A DNA stretch of 64,000 nt from Flavobacteriales bacterium (GCA_905339165.1 CAJPFH010000026.1:31471-95470); one strand, 5' to 3'; positions 20,712 through 30,886 are shown, numbered from the stretch's first letter. A program made the numbers and translations. Notes: generated by a model from the letters alone, not told the origin.

Positions 20712-23552
20712 TTATCCCAATTTTTCTCGTAAATATTGACCAGTATAGGAAATTTTACAGTGAATCAGATTTTCGGGTGTACCTTCAAAAACGATATAAC
20801 CTCCTGCATTGCCGCCTTCCGGACCTAAGTCTATAACCCAATCGGCACATTTTATTACTTCGGCATTATGTTCTATTACAACAATAGAATGTCCTTGTTT
20901 TATAAGAGATTCAAATGCATTGAGTAATTTCTGAATATCAAAAAAGTGTAAGCCTGTTGTGGGCTCATCGAAAATAAACAACACATGAGTTTGACTTTGT
21001 TTTTTAGATAAGAACGAAGCTAGCTTTATTCGTTGTGCTTCGCCACCACTGAGGGTGCTTGAGGATTGACCTAGTTTTACATAGCCTAAACCTACCTCTT
21101 GTAAGGGTAATAATTTTTCTACAATCTTTGCTTCAACAAGTAAATCTTTTTGTACAGAAGGAGCTTCGGCTTGTGGAGTAAAAAACAACATCGCCTCATC
21201 TACAGTTAAGTTTAAAATATCATGAATATTTTTGTTTTTGTACTGCACCTCCAAAATATCTTCTTTATATTTTTTGCCTTTGCATTCATCACAAATCAAG
21301 TGAATATCGGCCATAAACTGCATTTCTACAGTGATATTCCCATCGCCTTTGCAGCTTTCGCACCGCCCGCCTTCAACATTAAAAGAAAAAAAAGAAGGTT
21401 TATACCCTCTCATCTTACTAAGTGGGCGAGTGGAGAACAATTCTCTAATTTCATCAAAAGCTTTTACATAAGTTACCGGATTGGAACGTGAGGATTTTCC
21501 AATTGGATTTTGATCTATAAATTCTACTGAAGTAAGAATGCCTAAATCGCCCGAAAGTTTGTCGAAAACGCCTGTTTTTTCAGAGTATCCGTCAAAAAGT
21601 TTTTTCAGAGCCGGCACTAAAGAGCCCTTTACCAACGATGATTTTCCGGAACCACTTACTCCGGTAACAACGGTAAGGGTATGTAAAGGGATTTTTACAT
21701 TTATGTTTTTTAAGTTGTTTTGTCGGCAGCCTTGCAACTCAATAAATAAATTCGATGTTCTTCTTTTAGCAGGAATAGGGATTTTTTCTTTTCCGGTAAG
21801 AAAACGAGCGGTAAGGCTTTTTTTCTCTTTTATTAAATCAGAGTGGTTTCCCTGAAAAACAACTTCACCACCTAAACTTCCTGCTAGTGGTCCAATATCG
21901 ATAATCTCATCTGCTACCCGCATTATTTCCTCATCATGCTCTACAATAATTACGGTATTTCCTGCTTTTTGCAGTTCGCGTAATACCTTAATTAATCGGT
22001 GCGTGTCGCGGGGGTGCAAACCAATACTGGGTTCATCTAAAATGTATAGCGAACCCACTAAACTACTTCCAAGTGAGGTGGCTAAATTAATACGTTGAGA
22101 TTCGCCTCCTGATAAGGACGAGGAAAGGCGGTTTAAGGTCAGATAACCAAGTCCAACATTACATAAATAGCTTAGTCGGTTGGTAATTTCTTCTAATAGT
22201 CGTTTGGCTACCAACATTTCGTGTGGAGGGAGTTTGAGCGATTCAAAAAAAGAGAGAGCCTCCGAAACGGGCATAAGTACAATATCCATAATGTTTTGGC
22301 CTTCTATTTTTACGTAAGCGGCATCGCTTCGTAGACGCGTACCATGGCAATCGGGGCATTGGGTTTTTCCTCGATACCTCGAAAGCATAACGCGGTATTG
22401 TATTTTGTAACTTTTTTCTTCTAAGTATTTAAAAAAACGGTTTAATCCGTAAAAGTATTTGTTGCCTTTCCACAGTAATTCTTTTTCGTTTTTACTGAGG
22501 TGAAAATAAGGAGTATGAACTGGAAAGTTAAAATGATGAGCATTTTTAATTAAATCGTCTTTCCATTCCTGCATTTTTTCTCCTTTCCAGCAAACAATAG
22601 CTTCATCGTAAACCGATAAGTTCTTATTCGGTATAACCAAGTCTTCGTCTATCCCTATCACGCTTCCAAAACCATCGCAGGTTTTGCAAGCCCCCAGCGG
22701 ATTATTAAAACTAAAAAAGTGAATACTTGGTTCTTCAAATTGCATTCCATCGGCCTCAAAACGATTCGAGAAAAATTTAGTTTCAGAAAAATTATTTTCC
22801 GAGATTATTTCAATGCAGCAATTCCCTTCCGATTCAAAGAAAGCCGTCTCAATAGAGTCTGAAATTCGGTTAATGTTATCTTCATTTGCAGAGTCAACAA
22901 TAAAGCGGTCTATTAAAACAAAGATTTCGTTATTCTTTTTTAATGGCGTTTTTAAATCGTCTATTTTTCTTATTTCTCCATTCAGTTTTATTCTAGAAAA
23001 TCCTTGTTGTTGAAGTAATGTTAATTCTTCACGAAGTGTTCTTCCTGCTTTTGTTTTAAGCGGAGACAGGAGCATCACTTTGGTTCCCTTTTTAAGGGAA
23101 TGAATATAACGTAGTACATCGCTTTGTTTATGCCTCACTACTTCTATTCCGGAAATGGGAGAAAAAGTTTTACCTATGCGAGCAAAAAGAATTTTTAAGT
23201 AATCGTATATTTCTGTGCTTGTGCCAACCGTAGAACGAGGGTTGTGTGTATTTACTTTTTGTTCTATGGCAATAGCCGGAGCAATGCCTGAAATAAAATC
23301 TACATCGGGTTTTTCTAATTTGCCCATAAATTGGCGTGCATACGAAGAAAGGCTTTCAATGTATCTTCGTTGGCCTTCGGCATACAAGGTATCGAAAGCT
23401 AGCGATGATTTTCCGCTGCCACTTACACCGGTAATAACTACCAACTGATTATGGGGAATACAAACCTCAATATTTTTTAGATTGTGTACCCTTGCCCCTT
23501 TTATATGTATATATTTCTGAGATAAAACGGTATCTGTTTCATGGTTTGACAT
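20712..23552 (-). CDS. uvrA: excinuclease ABC subunit A
   Basis: Two ABC ATPase modules (GVSGSGKSSL twice), zinc-finger Cys clusters; ORF N-terminal extension to 23687 judged spurious, start at MSNHETD. Confidence 0.95.
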   Translation of the reverse strand: MSNHETDTVLSQKYIHIKGARVHNLKNIEVCIPHNQLVVITGVSGSGKSSLAFDTLYAEGQRRYIESLSSYARQFMGKLEKPDVDFISGIAPAIAIEQKVNTHNPRSTVGTSTEIYDYLKILFARIGKTFSPISGIEVVRHKQSDVLRYIHSLKKGTKVMLLSPLKTKAGRTLREELTLLQQQGFSRIKLNGEIRKIDDLKTPLKKNNEIFVLIDRFIVDSANEDNINRISDSIETAFFESEGNCCIEIISENNFSETKFFSNRFEADGMQFEEPSIHFFSFNNPLGACKTCDGFGSVIGIDEDLVIPNKNLSVYDEAIVCWKGEKMQEWKDDLIKNAHHFNFPVHTPYFHLSKNEKELLWKGNKYFYGLNRFFKYLEEKSYKIQYRVMLSRYRGKTQCPDCHGTRLRSDAAYVKIEGQNIMDIVLMPVSEALSFFESLKLPPHEMLVAKRLLEEITNRLSYLCNVGLGYLTLNRLSSSLSGGESQRINLATSLGSSLVGSLYILDEPSIGLHPRDTHRLIKVLRELQKAGNTVIIVEHDEEIMRVADEIIDIGPLAGSLGGEVVFQGNHSDLIKEKKSLTARFLTGKEKIPIPAKRRTSNLFIELQGCRQNNLKNINVKIPLHTLTVVTGVSGSGKSSLVKGSLVPALKKLFDGYSEKTGVFDKLSGDLGILTSVEFIDQNPIGKSSRSNPVTYVKAFDEIRELFSTRPLSKMRGYKPSFFSFNVEGGRCESCKGDGNITVEMQFMADIHLICDECKGKKYKEDILEVQYKNKNIHDILNLTVDEAMLFFTPQAEAPSVQKDLLVEAKIVEKLLPLQEVGLGYVKLGQSSSTLSGGEAQRIKLASFLSKKQSQTHVLFIFDEPTTGLHFFDIQKLLNAFESLIKQGHSIVVIEHNAEVIKCADWVIDLGPEGGNAGGYIVFEGTPENLIHCKISYTGQYLREKLG

Positions 23553-23775
23553 AAAGAAAGGGCCTATAAATAAATGAGTGGCGAAATTAATCTTACTTTT
23601 CGTATATTTGTGAAACAAAAAAAAAATACTTGCGTACACAATACCGTTAAAAAGATGGCGTTTACCCATTTTGAATAAATAACACAACCCCTAAAATTTT
23701 ATTGCCTATAGCCACTATTTACCTTTTTTAAAACCTTAACGAGTTTAATTAACCCGTAAAAACAAGGAGGTAAAT

Positions 23776-24372
23776 ATGTACATGCTAAAAAACAAAACCG
23801 ACCAAGAATTGGTATTGGCTTACCAATCTGGCAATGAATCTGCATTTGAACATTTAGTTCGCAGACACAAATCGAAGGTATATTCGTATATACTTTTTAA
23901 TGTAAAGGATCCAGATCTTGCCTTGGATATTTTTCAAGATGCTTTTTTCAAAGTGGTGAATACGCTTAAAAAAGGCAAGTACAATGAAGAAGGAAAGTTT
24001 TTGCCTTGGGTGTACCGTATTGCACACAACCTTATAATGGACCACTTTAGAAAAAATAAGCGGATGCTCATGCGAGAAAACGATTCAGAAAGCGATTATG
24101 ATGTTTTTCATTTTATTGCCTGCGAAACGCTTAACGTGGAACAAAAAATGGTAAAAAAACAGATTTTGCAAGATGTAAAGAAAATGATTGGTTTTTTACC
24201 TGATGACCAAAAAGAGGTTTTGATATTACGTTTGTACTATCATTTAAGCTTTAAAGAGATTGCCGATAAAACGAATGTAAGTATAAACACGGCTCTTGGG
24301 CGTATGCGATACGCCTTAATTAACTTAAGAAGAATGATGGTAGAGAAAAATGTAACTCTCTCTGTTACATAA
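23776..24372 (+). CDS. RNA polymerase ECF-type sigma-70 factor
   Basis: Region 2 (LVRRHKSKVYSYILFNV...DIFQDAFFKV) and region 4 (LILRLYYHLSFKEIADKTNVSINTALGRMRYAL); AGGAGG 8 nt upstream of ATG. Confidence 0.8.
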   Translation: MYMLKNKTDQELVLAYQSGNESAFEHLVRRHKSKVYSYILFNVKDPDLALDIFQDAFFKVVNTLKKGKYNEEGKFLPWVYRIAHNLIMDHFRKNKRMLMRENDSESDYDVFHFIACETLNVEQKMVKKQILQDVKKMIGFLPDDQKEVLILRLYYHLSFKEIADKTNVSINTALGRMRYALINLRRMMVEKNVTLSVT

Positions 24373-24449
24373 TTTTTTTGAAAGAGATACAATAATTAGT
24401 AAAAGTGTTCGTTGCTTAGGTATGAAACAAATAAAAAAAATATCTGCCT

Positions 24450-24650
24450 ATGAAGAACACTTTTACTATTTTAGAAATTCAACAACTGCAAAAAGAAGAG
24501 GAACATTTAAGCCATTTAGTAGATGAATTTAATGAATCGCTTTTAGCAGAACCCTCAGAAGATGCTATTTCAACTATTTTAGCCTATTCAAAAGCATTGA
24601 GTGTTAGACCCTCAAAGGGTATTGAGTTTATTGAATTTTTGAATAATTAA
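24450..24650 (+). CDS. small acidic hypothetical protein (66 aa) downstream of ECF sigma
   Basis: ORF only; followed immediately by strong terminator. Confidence 0.35.
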   Translation: MKNTFTILEIQQLQKEEEHLSHLVDEFNESLLAEPSEDAISTILAYSKALSVRPSKGIEFIEFLNN

Positions 24651-24653
24651 AAT

Positions 24654-24679
24654 AAAATCCCGCCATTTGGCGGGATTTT
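24654..24679. terminator. bidirectional rho-independent terminator hairpin
   Basis: aaaatcccgccatttggcgggatttt perfect 8-bp GC-rich stem with A/T flanks, between convergent genes. Confidence 0.8.
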
Positions 24680-24682
24680 ATT

Positions 24683-26662
24683 TTAGTATTCAAGCAGTGT
24701 GTTTATTTTTTGCAGTAGAGTATTTTTAGCTAAATAATTTTCTTCTAGTTTGGGCGAAAAGGGAATGGGGGTGTCTAAGCTTGCACAACGTACTACAGCG
24801 GCATCTAAATATTGAAAACAGTTTTCTGTGATTAGTGCCGAAATTTCTCCACCTATTCCTCCGGTTAGTGAATCTTCGTGCAAAATCAATGCTTTTCCTG
24901 TTTTTCTTACGGAGTTAAAAATGGCTTCAGAATCTAATGGAACGAGAGTTCTTAGGTCTATTATATCGGCATTAATATGGTTTTCTTTAACTACTTCCAA
25001 AGCCCAATGAACCCCTATTCCGTATGTGATAATAGATATATCGTTACCTTCGTTTATTGCTATCGCTTTACCAAACGGAAGCGTATAATAATGCTCCGGA
25101 ACATTTGAGGCAATACTTCGGTAAAGGGCTTTATGTTCAAAAAACATAATAGGATTGGGATCTTCAAATGCGGTTAAAAGCAAGCCCTTGGCATCGAATG
25201 GGTTTGATGGATAAGCAATTTTAAGTCCGGGGGTTTTATAAAACCATGCTTCGTTGCTCTGTGAATGGAAGGGGCCTGCAGCAACTCCTGCACCTGTGGG
25301 CATTCGTATTACCACATCGGCTTGTTGTCCCCATCTCCAGTGGGTTTTAGCCAGGTTATTGCAAATTTGAGTCATGGCTTCCGAAACAAAATCGGCAAAC
25401 TGCATTTCCACCATGGCTTTTCCTCCTTTAATGGAAAGTCCTAAAGAGGCTCCTACTATAGCCGATTCGCAAAGAGGAGTGTTGCGTATGCGTTCTTTTC
25501 CAAATTCCAACACAAAGCCTTCGGTGGCTTTAAAAACTCCACCGTACTCTGCAATATCCTGCCCCATATATACAAGAGAGGGGTGTTTTACTAAGGCCAG
25601 TTGCAAGGCATTATGTATGGCATCAATGAGTCGCATTTCTTTGAAAGGGGCAGTTGCCGGAGTTTCCTTGAAAGAGAATGGAGCGAACACATCGTTTATT
25701 TCTCTTTCGGTATCGGGTTCTATGGGTTTTTCGGAATAAGCCATAGCGAGCCCCTCTTCAATTTCTTTTCGTATTTCCAGTCTTATGGTTTTTATCAGTT
25801 CATCGTTTAGTATTTTTTCTTTTAGCAAGAAATCTTCGTAGTTCGAAACAGGATCTTTTTTTTGCCAAATATCAAATAATTCTTGCGGAACATATTTGGT
25901 TCCGGAGGCCTCTTCGTGTCCTCGCATTCGAAAGGTTAAACACTCTACCAACACAGGTCTTGGATTTTCTCTGAGGTCTTCTGCTATAAGCGATATTTTG
26001 TGGTAAACATCTAAAATATTGTTTCCCTCAATTAATTCGGTTTCTATACCATAACCTGGGCCTTTATCTACAAAATTTTTAAAAACGAATTGTTCATTGC
26101 TGGGAGTAGAGAGGCCATATCCGTTATTTTCTATCAGAAAAATGACGGGTAATTTCCAAACGGCAGCTACATTAATAGCTTCATGAAAATCGCCTTCACT
26201 TGCACCACCATCACCACTAAAAACAAGGCAAACATTTTTTTCGTTGTGTATTTTATGGTAAAGGGCAATGCCATCGGCCACACCAAGTTGAGGACCGAGA
26301 TGCGAAATCATTCCGATGATGTTGTATTCTTGTGTGCCAAAGTGAAAAGAACGGTCTCGGCCTTTTGTAAAACCGCTCATTTTACCCTGAAATTGGGCAA
26401 AGAGGCGATTGAGAGGTATATTGCGAGAAGTAAAAACACCTAAATTTCGGTGCATGGGCAAGATGTACTCTTCGGGTTTTAAAGCCATGGTAGCTCCCAC
26501 CGAAATGGCTTCCTGACCAATTCCGGAAAACCATTTAGAAACTTTTCCTTGGCGTAAAAGCAGTAACATCTTTTCCTCAATCATGCGAGGTTTTAAGAGG
26601 TTTTTGTATAATTCCAATAAAAAGTTATTATCGTATTTTCTTCGGTTGAATTTAATTTCCAT
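24683..26662 (-). CDS. 2-oxoacid (branched-chain/pyruvate-type) dehydrogenase E1 component, fused alpha and beta subunits
   Basis: N-terminal TPP-binding alpha part (GDGGASEGDFHEAINVAAVWKLPVIFLIENNGY), C-terminal transketolase-like beta part; 659 aa. Confidence 0.8.
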   Translation of the reverse strand: MEIKFNRRKYDNNFLLELYKNLLKPRMIEEKMLLLLRQGKVSKWFSGIGQEAISVGATMALKPEEYILPMHRNLGVFTSRNIPLNRLFAQFQGKMSGFTKGRDRSFHFGTQEYNIIGMISHLGPQLGVADGIALYHKIHNEKNVCLVFSGDGGASEGDFHEAINVAAVWKLPVIFLIENNGYGLSTPSNEQFVFKNFVDKGPGYGIETELIEGNNILDVYHKISLIAEDLRENPRPVLVECLTFRMRGHEEASGTKYVPQELFDIWQKKDPVSNYEDFLLKEKILNDELIKTIRLEIRKEIEEGLAMAYSEKPIEPDTEREINDVFAPFSFKETPATAPFKEMRLIDAIHNALQLALVKHPSLVYMGQDIAEYGGVFKATEGFVLEFGKERIRNTPLCESAIVGASLGLSIKGGKAMVEMQFADFVSEAMTQICNNLAKTHWRWGQQADVVIRMPTGAGVAAGPFHSQSNEAWFYKTPGLKIAYPSNPFDAKGLLLTAFEDPNPIMFFEHKALYRSIASNVPEHYYTLPFGKAIAINEGNDISIITYGIGVHWALEVVKENHINADIIDLRTLVPLDSEAIFNSVRKTGKALILHEDSLTGGIGGEISALITENCFQYLDAAVVRCASLDTPIPFSPKLEENYLAKNTLLQKINTLLEY

Positions 26663-26712
26663 AGCTCTTAATATAAGGCAAATTTATATGAAAAACCCTA
26701 ACTTTGTTGAGT

Positions 26713-26859
26713 ATGAAAATAAATGCAGGAATACAAGAAATTATTGTTGCTTCTCTTTTTGTTACAGCTGTATTGTACCTCTTTAAAAGATTCGTATTGG
26801 GAAGAAGTAGAAATAAATGCTCAGATTGCGGTATGAATCGCACTTCGAAGAAAGAATAA
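26713..26859 (+). CDS. FeoB-associated Cys-rich small membrane protein (48 aa), not in ORF track
   Basis: Own translation MKINAGIQEIIVASLFVTAVLYLFKRFVLGRSRNKCSDCGMNRTSKKE: one TM helix then CxDCG motif typical of this small-protein family. Confidence 0.5.
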   Translation: MKINAGIQEIIVASLFVTAVLYLFKRFVLGRSRNKCSDCGMNRTSKKE

Positions 26860-26878
26860 AGTTTTTGTTTGATTTTCT

Positions 26879-28753
26879 ATGCAACAATTATTAAAATCAA
26901 TCATTCCCTTTATTAAAAGAATTGGCTTTGTTTTGGTGTTGTACACCTTATGCAGAATACTTTTTTTAGTATTTAACTATTCCTTGCTTGGTGAGTCTAT
27001 TTCTTTTCTTTCATTTGTGGGTGGTATTAGATTTGATTTATCTTCGGTGGCTCTTCTTTTTGCCCCCTTTACATTTTTATGGTTTGCTCCTTTTTTCAAC
27101 AAAAAAAATAGTTTTTTTCTTTTTACGGTAAATAGTTTTTATTTCGGAGGAGTCCTTCTATCAATTTTTTTAAATCTGCTGGATATTATTTATTTCAGAT
27201 TTACGCTAAAACGTACTACGGCCGATGTACTTACCGTAATGAGTAATACAAACGATTTAGTTTCATTAATACCTCGTTTTGCTTTAGATTATTGGTATGT
27301 GGTATTATTGTTTTTATTACTAATTGGAATTTTGTTATGGTTTATAAAGAAAAACAAAATAGAGGGAATGTTTCAATTAGATTTTTATCCTTCAATATTT
27401 GCTTTGTTTGTGGCATTAAGTTTAAGTTTATTAGCTTTTAGAGGGGGGTGGCAATATAAACCCATTACCATTGTAAATGCTGCCGCTTATTCCAGTCCTC
27501 AACAGGTACCTCTTGTATTAAACACTCCTTTTACTTTTTTTAAAACCCTTACAGAACCACGAATAAAACCGGAAAAATATTTTACAGAAGAAGAGTTGAA
27601 GAAATATTTTAATGCAGATATAGAAATAAAAAGTCAAGCAGATTTTTCTGGTAAAAATGTAGTACTGATTATACTAGAAAGTTTTTCGAAAGAATACATC
27701 GGTTATTACAACAAAGGAAAAGGTTATACGCCATTTCTAGATTCATTATTAAAAAACAGTATTGTTTACACGAATTGTTTTGCCAATGGAAAACAATCCA
27801 TAGAAGGAATTCCGGCCATTATTGCCTCTTTGCCAACTTTAATGGACGATTCGTATATTACCTCGCCCTATGCCGGAAACAAAATCAATAGTTTAGCAAG
27901 TATTTTGAATCAACAAGGGTACACTTCGCATTTTTACCATGGCGGGCATAATGGAACCATGAGTTTTGATGCTTTTGCCAAAGCGGCCGGGTACAATTAT
28001 TATTATGGGAAAAACGAATATCCTAACAAGAACGATGAAGATGGCCACTGGGGAATTTTTGATGAACCTTATTTACAGTACGTGGCCGAAGAGTTAGAAA
28101 AAAAACAAAATCCTTTTTTGGCAACCGTTTTTACACTTTCTTCGCATCACCCATTTAGAGTGCCGGAAAAATATAAAGGAACGTTTCCTAAAGGAGAATA
28201 CGAAATACATGAAAGCATAGGATATGCCGATTATGCCTTGAAACATTTTTTTGAAACAGCCGAAAAAGCCGAATGGTATAAGAATACTGTTTTTATACTT
28301 ACTGCCGATCATACTTCTATTTCAAAACACCCTTACTACAAAAACTCTTTGGGAAATTATGCCATACCTTTTGCCATTTTTGAACCTAGCATTTTACGTC
28401 ATGCAGAAATACATACGGTATGTCAGCAAACCGATATTTTGCCTACTCTTTTGCAGTATCTCCATTATAAAGGAATGATTACCAGTTTTGGAAATATAGC
28501 CGATTCTGCATCGGTATATAATTTTTGTGTAAACTACAGCAGTGGTATTTTTCAGTTTATAAACGATAGTTGCCTTTTACAGTTTGATGGGAAAAAAAGC
28601 ATTGCTTTATATCACTATCAAACCGATAGCCTGCTTTCTGAAAATAAACTAACAGAGGAAGAAAGTAGGGTGCAAGAAATGGAAAATAAGCTTAAAGCCA
28701 TTATTCAAACCTATCAGCAAAGGCTGATAAAAAATCAACTTACACCACGGTAA
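26879..28753 (+). CDS. LTA synthase / phosphoglycerol transferase family protein (N-terminal polytopic membrane domain plus sulfatase-like domain)
   Basis: 5 TM helices then sulfatase-fold ectodomain (ILESFSKEY, TADHTS); 624 aa. Confidence 0.75.
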   Translation: MQQLLKSIIPFIKRIGFVLVLYTLCRILFLVFNYSLLGESISFLSFVGGIRFDLSSVALLFAPFTFLWFAPFFNKKNSFFLFTVNSFYFGGVLLSIFLNLLDIIYFRFTLKRTTADVLTVMSNTNDLVSLIPRFALDYWYVVLLFLLLIGILLWFIKKNKIEGMFQLDFYPSIFALFVALSLSLLAFRGGWQYKPITIVNAAAYSSPQQVPLVLNTPFTFFKTLTEPRIKPEKYFTEEELKKYFNADIEIKSQADFSGKNVVLIILESFSKEYIGYYNKGKGYTPFLDSLLKNSIVYTNCFANGKQSIEGIPAIIASLPTLMDDSYITSPYAGNKINSLASILNQQGYTSHFYHGGHNGTMSFDAFAKAAGYNYYYGKNEYPNKNDEDGHWGIFDEPYLQYVAEELEKKQNPFLATVFTLSSHHPFRVPEKYKGTFPKGEYEIHESIGYADYALKHFFETAEKAEWYKNTVFILTADHTSISKHPYYKNSLGNYAIPFAIFEPSILRHAEIHTVCQQTDILPTLLQYLHYKGMITSFGNIADSASVYNFCVNYSSGIFQFINDSCLLQFDGKKSIALYHYQTDSLLSENKLTEEESRVQEMENKLKAIIQTYQQRLIKNQLTPR

Positions 28754-29631
28754 TGCAAAAAAAAATACGTTTTATCGTAAACCCATGCTCGGGAACAAAA
28801 AATAAAAAAGAGATAGTTTCTTTTATTCACAAGGAGTGTTCTCAGACAAATTTTTATTACGAAATAAAATTTACCGAATACAAAGGTCATGCTACCGAAT
28901 TAGCAATAGAAGCGGCAAAAAATCACTTTTACGCTGTAGTGGCAGTAGGCGGAGATGGTAGTGTAAACGAAGTGGCCAAAGGACTGGTAAATAGCGAAAC
29001 GGCACTTGGCATCATTCCGGCAGGCTCAGGAAATGGTCTGGCTAGACACTTAGGGATATCGCTTCATTATAAAGAAGCTGTCTCTTTTTTACTTCATACA
29101 GAAGTCAATAAAATAGATTCCGCACAGTTCAATCATTATTTTTTTGCAGGCATGGCTGGTATTGGATTCGAAGCCCTTGTAGCCTGGAAATTTGCAACTT
29201 CTAAAAAAAGAGGCTTAGTTACATACATTAAAATGATTGGGCAGGAATGGTTTCGCTATAAACCTACGAAAGTATATGTAAAAACCGAAAATGAAACGTA
29301 TAGTGGCGAGGTATTTTCTTTGGCTATTGCTAATAGCAGCCAGTACGGAAATAATGCCATCATTTCTCCTCTTTCAATCATCAATGATGGTTTGTTAGAA
29401 GTGGTAATTATACAAAAAATAAAAGGATACTCAATACCCGGATTATTATTAGCGATGCTCCAAAAAAAAATAAACAAACAGAAACAGGTAAAAACAATAA
29501 GAGCCAAAGAAATAACTATTGAGCATCAAAGTTCCATTGCCCATGTTGATGGGGAGCCTATTAAAGTGAATAGTCCTATTCATATCCGCATTTTTCCAAA
29601 ATCGCTTAATGTAATTTGCAAACTGCCATGA
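28753..29631 (+). CDS. soluble lipid/diacylglycerol kinase, DAGK_cat (YegS/DgkB-like)
   Basis: VVAVGGDGSVNEVAKGL and GSGNGLARHLG motifs; start overlaps upstream stop (TAATG). Confidence 0.8.
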   Translation: MQKKIRFIVNPCSGTKNKKEIVSFIHKECSQTNFYYEIKFTEYKGHATELAIEAAKNHFYAVVAVGGDGSVNEVAKGLVNSETALGIIPAGSGNGLARHLGISLHYKEAVSFLLHTEVNKIDSAQFNHYFFAGMAGIGFEALVAWKFATSKKRGLVTYIKMIGQEWFRYKPTKVYVKTENETYSGEVFSLAIANSSQYGNNAIISPLSIINDGLLEVVIIQKIKGYSIPGLLLAMLQKKINKQKQVKTIRAKEITIEHQSSIAHVDGEPIKVNSPIHIRIFPKSLNVICKLP

Positions 29632-29963
29632 AAAAAAATAAAAACAAACAAGACGGAATTGTATATTCTACATCAAACACTTTTAGTACTAAAAATAAAG
29701 AAAGCGAGATAGAACGAGAAACCCTTTTGCCGGAAAAGCAAAACCTTCGTGTGTTTATTGAAAAAAATCACAGGGGCGGCAAAACAGTTACCTTAGTAAA
29801 GGGTTTTATGGGTAAAGAAAACGATCTGGAATTGTTAGGTAAAGAACTCAAAGTAAAATGTGGTACAGGAGGGAGTGTAAAAAACGGAGAAATTATTATT
29901 CAGGGTGATGTAAGAAACAAAGTCTTGGAGTACCTGATAAAAAAAGGGTATAAAGCCAAATGA
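29616..29963 (+). CDS. yciH: translation initiation factor SUI1/YciH family
   Basis: HRGGKTVTLVKGF...KCGTGGSVKNGEIIIQGD SUI1 fold motif; 115 aa. Confidence 0.8.
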   Translation: MQTAMKKNKNKQDGIVYSTSNTFSTKNKESEIERETLLPEKQNLRVFIEKNHRGGKTVTLVKGFMGKENDLELLGKELKVKCGTGGSVKNGEIIIQGDVRNKVLEYLIKKGYKAK

Positions 29964-29977
29964 TTGTTTAACATTTA

Positions 29978-30886
29978 ATGAAAAATGTAGTTATAACGGG
30001 TGGTACAGGATTTATAGGAAAACGCCTAACTCTCTTATTACAGAGTAAAGGTTATTCGGTAAAGGTTCTAACCAGAAATAATAAAAAAACTAAGGAATCT
30101 GTTCTTTACAGTTTTTGGGATATAGAGAAGCAAATTATAGATACTCATCTGATACGAAATGCTCATTTTATTATTCATTTGACAGGCGAGGGAATTGCTG
30201 ATAAACGGTGGACGAACCAATATCAAACTCAACTTATAGAAAGCAGAACCAAGCCGTTGGAATTAATTTATAGTACACTAGAAAATAATAAAAACTCTGT
30301 AGAGTCTATTATTTCGGCATCGGGAGTAAATATATATGGCACCATATCTTTCTCTAAAATATTTACCGAAGAAGATTTGCCGGCCAATGATTTTTTAGGT
30401 GAGGTTTGTGTAGCATGGGAAAATGCCGCTAAGCAATTCTTAAAACAAAATAAAAGAACCGTAATATTTAGAACCGGTATTGTGTTGGATAATTCAGGAG
30501 GAGTCTTGCCTAAAATGGCATTTCCTTTTCGATTCGGATTAGGTTGCCTTCTTGGAAATGGTAAACAGTATATGCCTTGGATATCCTTGAACGATTTATG
30601 TAATTTGTATTTATATGCGATAGAAAACAATCAATTGTCCGGAGAGTATAATGCGGTAATTGATGATGGAGCAACGAATGAAATGTTTAGTCGTTTCATT
30701 GCTGAAGGGTATCGAAAAAAAATAATTTTACCTGCTATTCCCGCTTTTATGCTTAGACTATTTTTGGGAAAAATGTCAGATATATTATTACTGGGAAGTC
30801 GAGTAGAGAATAAAAAACTAAAGCAAACCGGATTTGTTTTTTCCGATAAAAATTTAAAAATGTTACTTAGCCGAACTTTAAAATAA
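29978..30886 (+). CDS. TIGR01777/YfcH-family NAD-dependent epimerase-like oxidoreductase
   Basis: VVITGGTGFIGKRL Rossmann motif, about 300 aa with DUF1731-like C-terminus. Confidence 0.7.
   Translation: MKNVVITGGTGFIGKRLTLLLQSKGYSVKVLTRNNKKTKESVLYSFWDIEKQIIDTHLIRNAHFIIHLTGEGIADKRWTNQYQTQLIESRTKPLELIYSTLENNKNSVESIISASGVNIYGTISFSKIFTEEDLPANDFLGEVCVAWENAAKQFLKQNKRTVIFRTGIVLDNSGGVLPKMAFPFRFGLGCLLGNGKQYMPWISLNDLCNLYLYAIENNQLSGEYNAVIDDGATNEMFSRFIAEGYRKKIILPAIPAFMLRLFLGKMSDILLLGSRVENKKLKQTGFVFSDKNLKMLLSRTLK

Noticed and set aside
23553-23687. N-terminal extension of the uvrA ORF (MCYLFKMGKRHLF...)
   Set aside because: Non-conserved hydrophobic junk ahead of the canonical UvrA N-terminus MSNHETD; true start taken at 23552.
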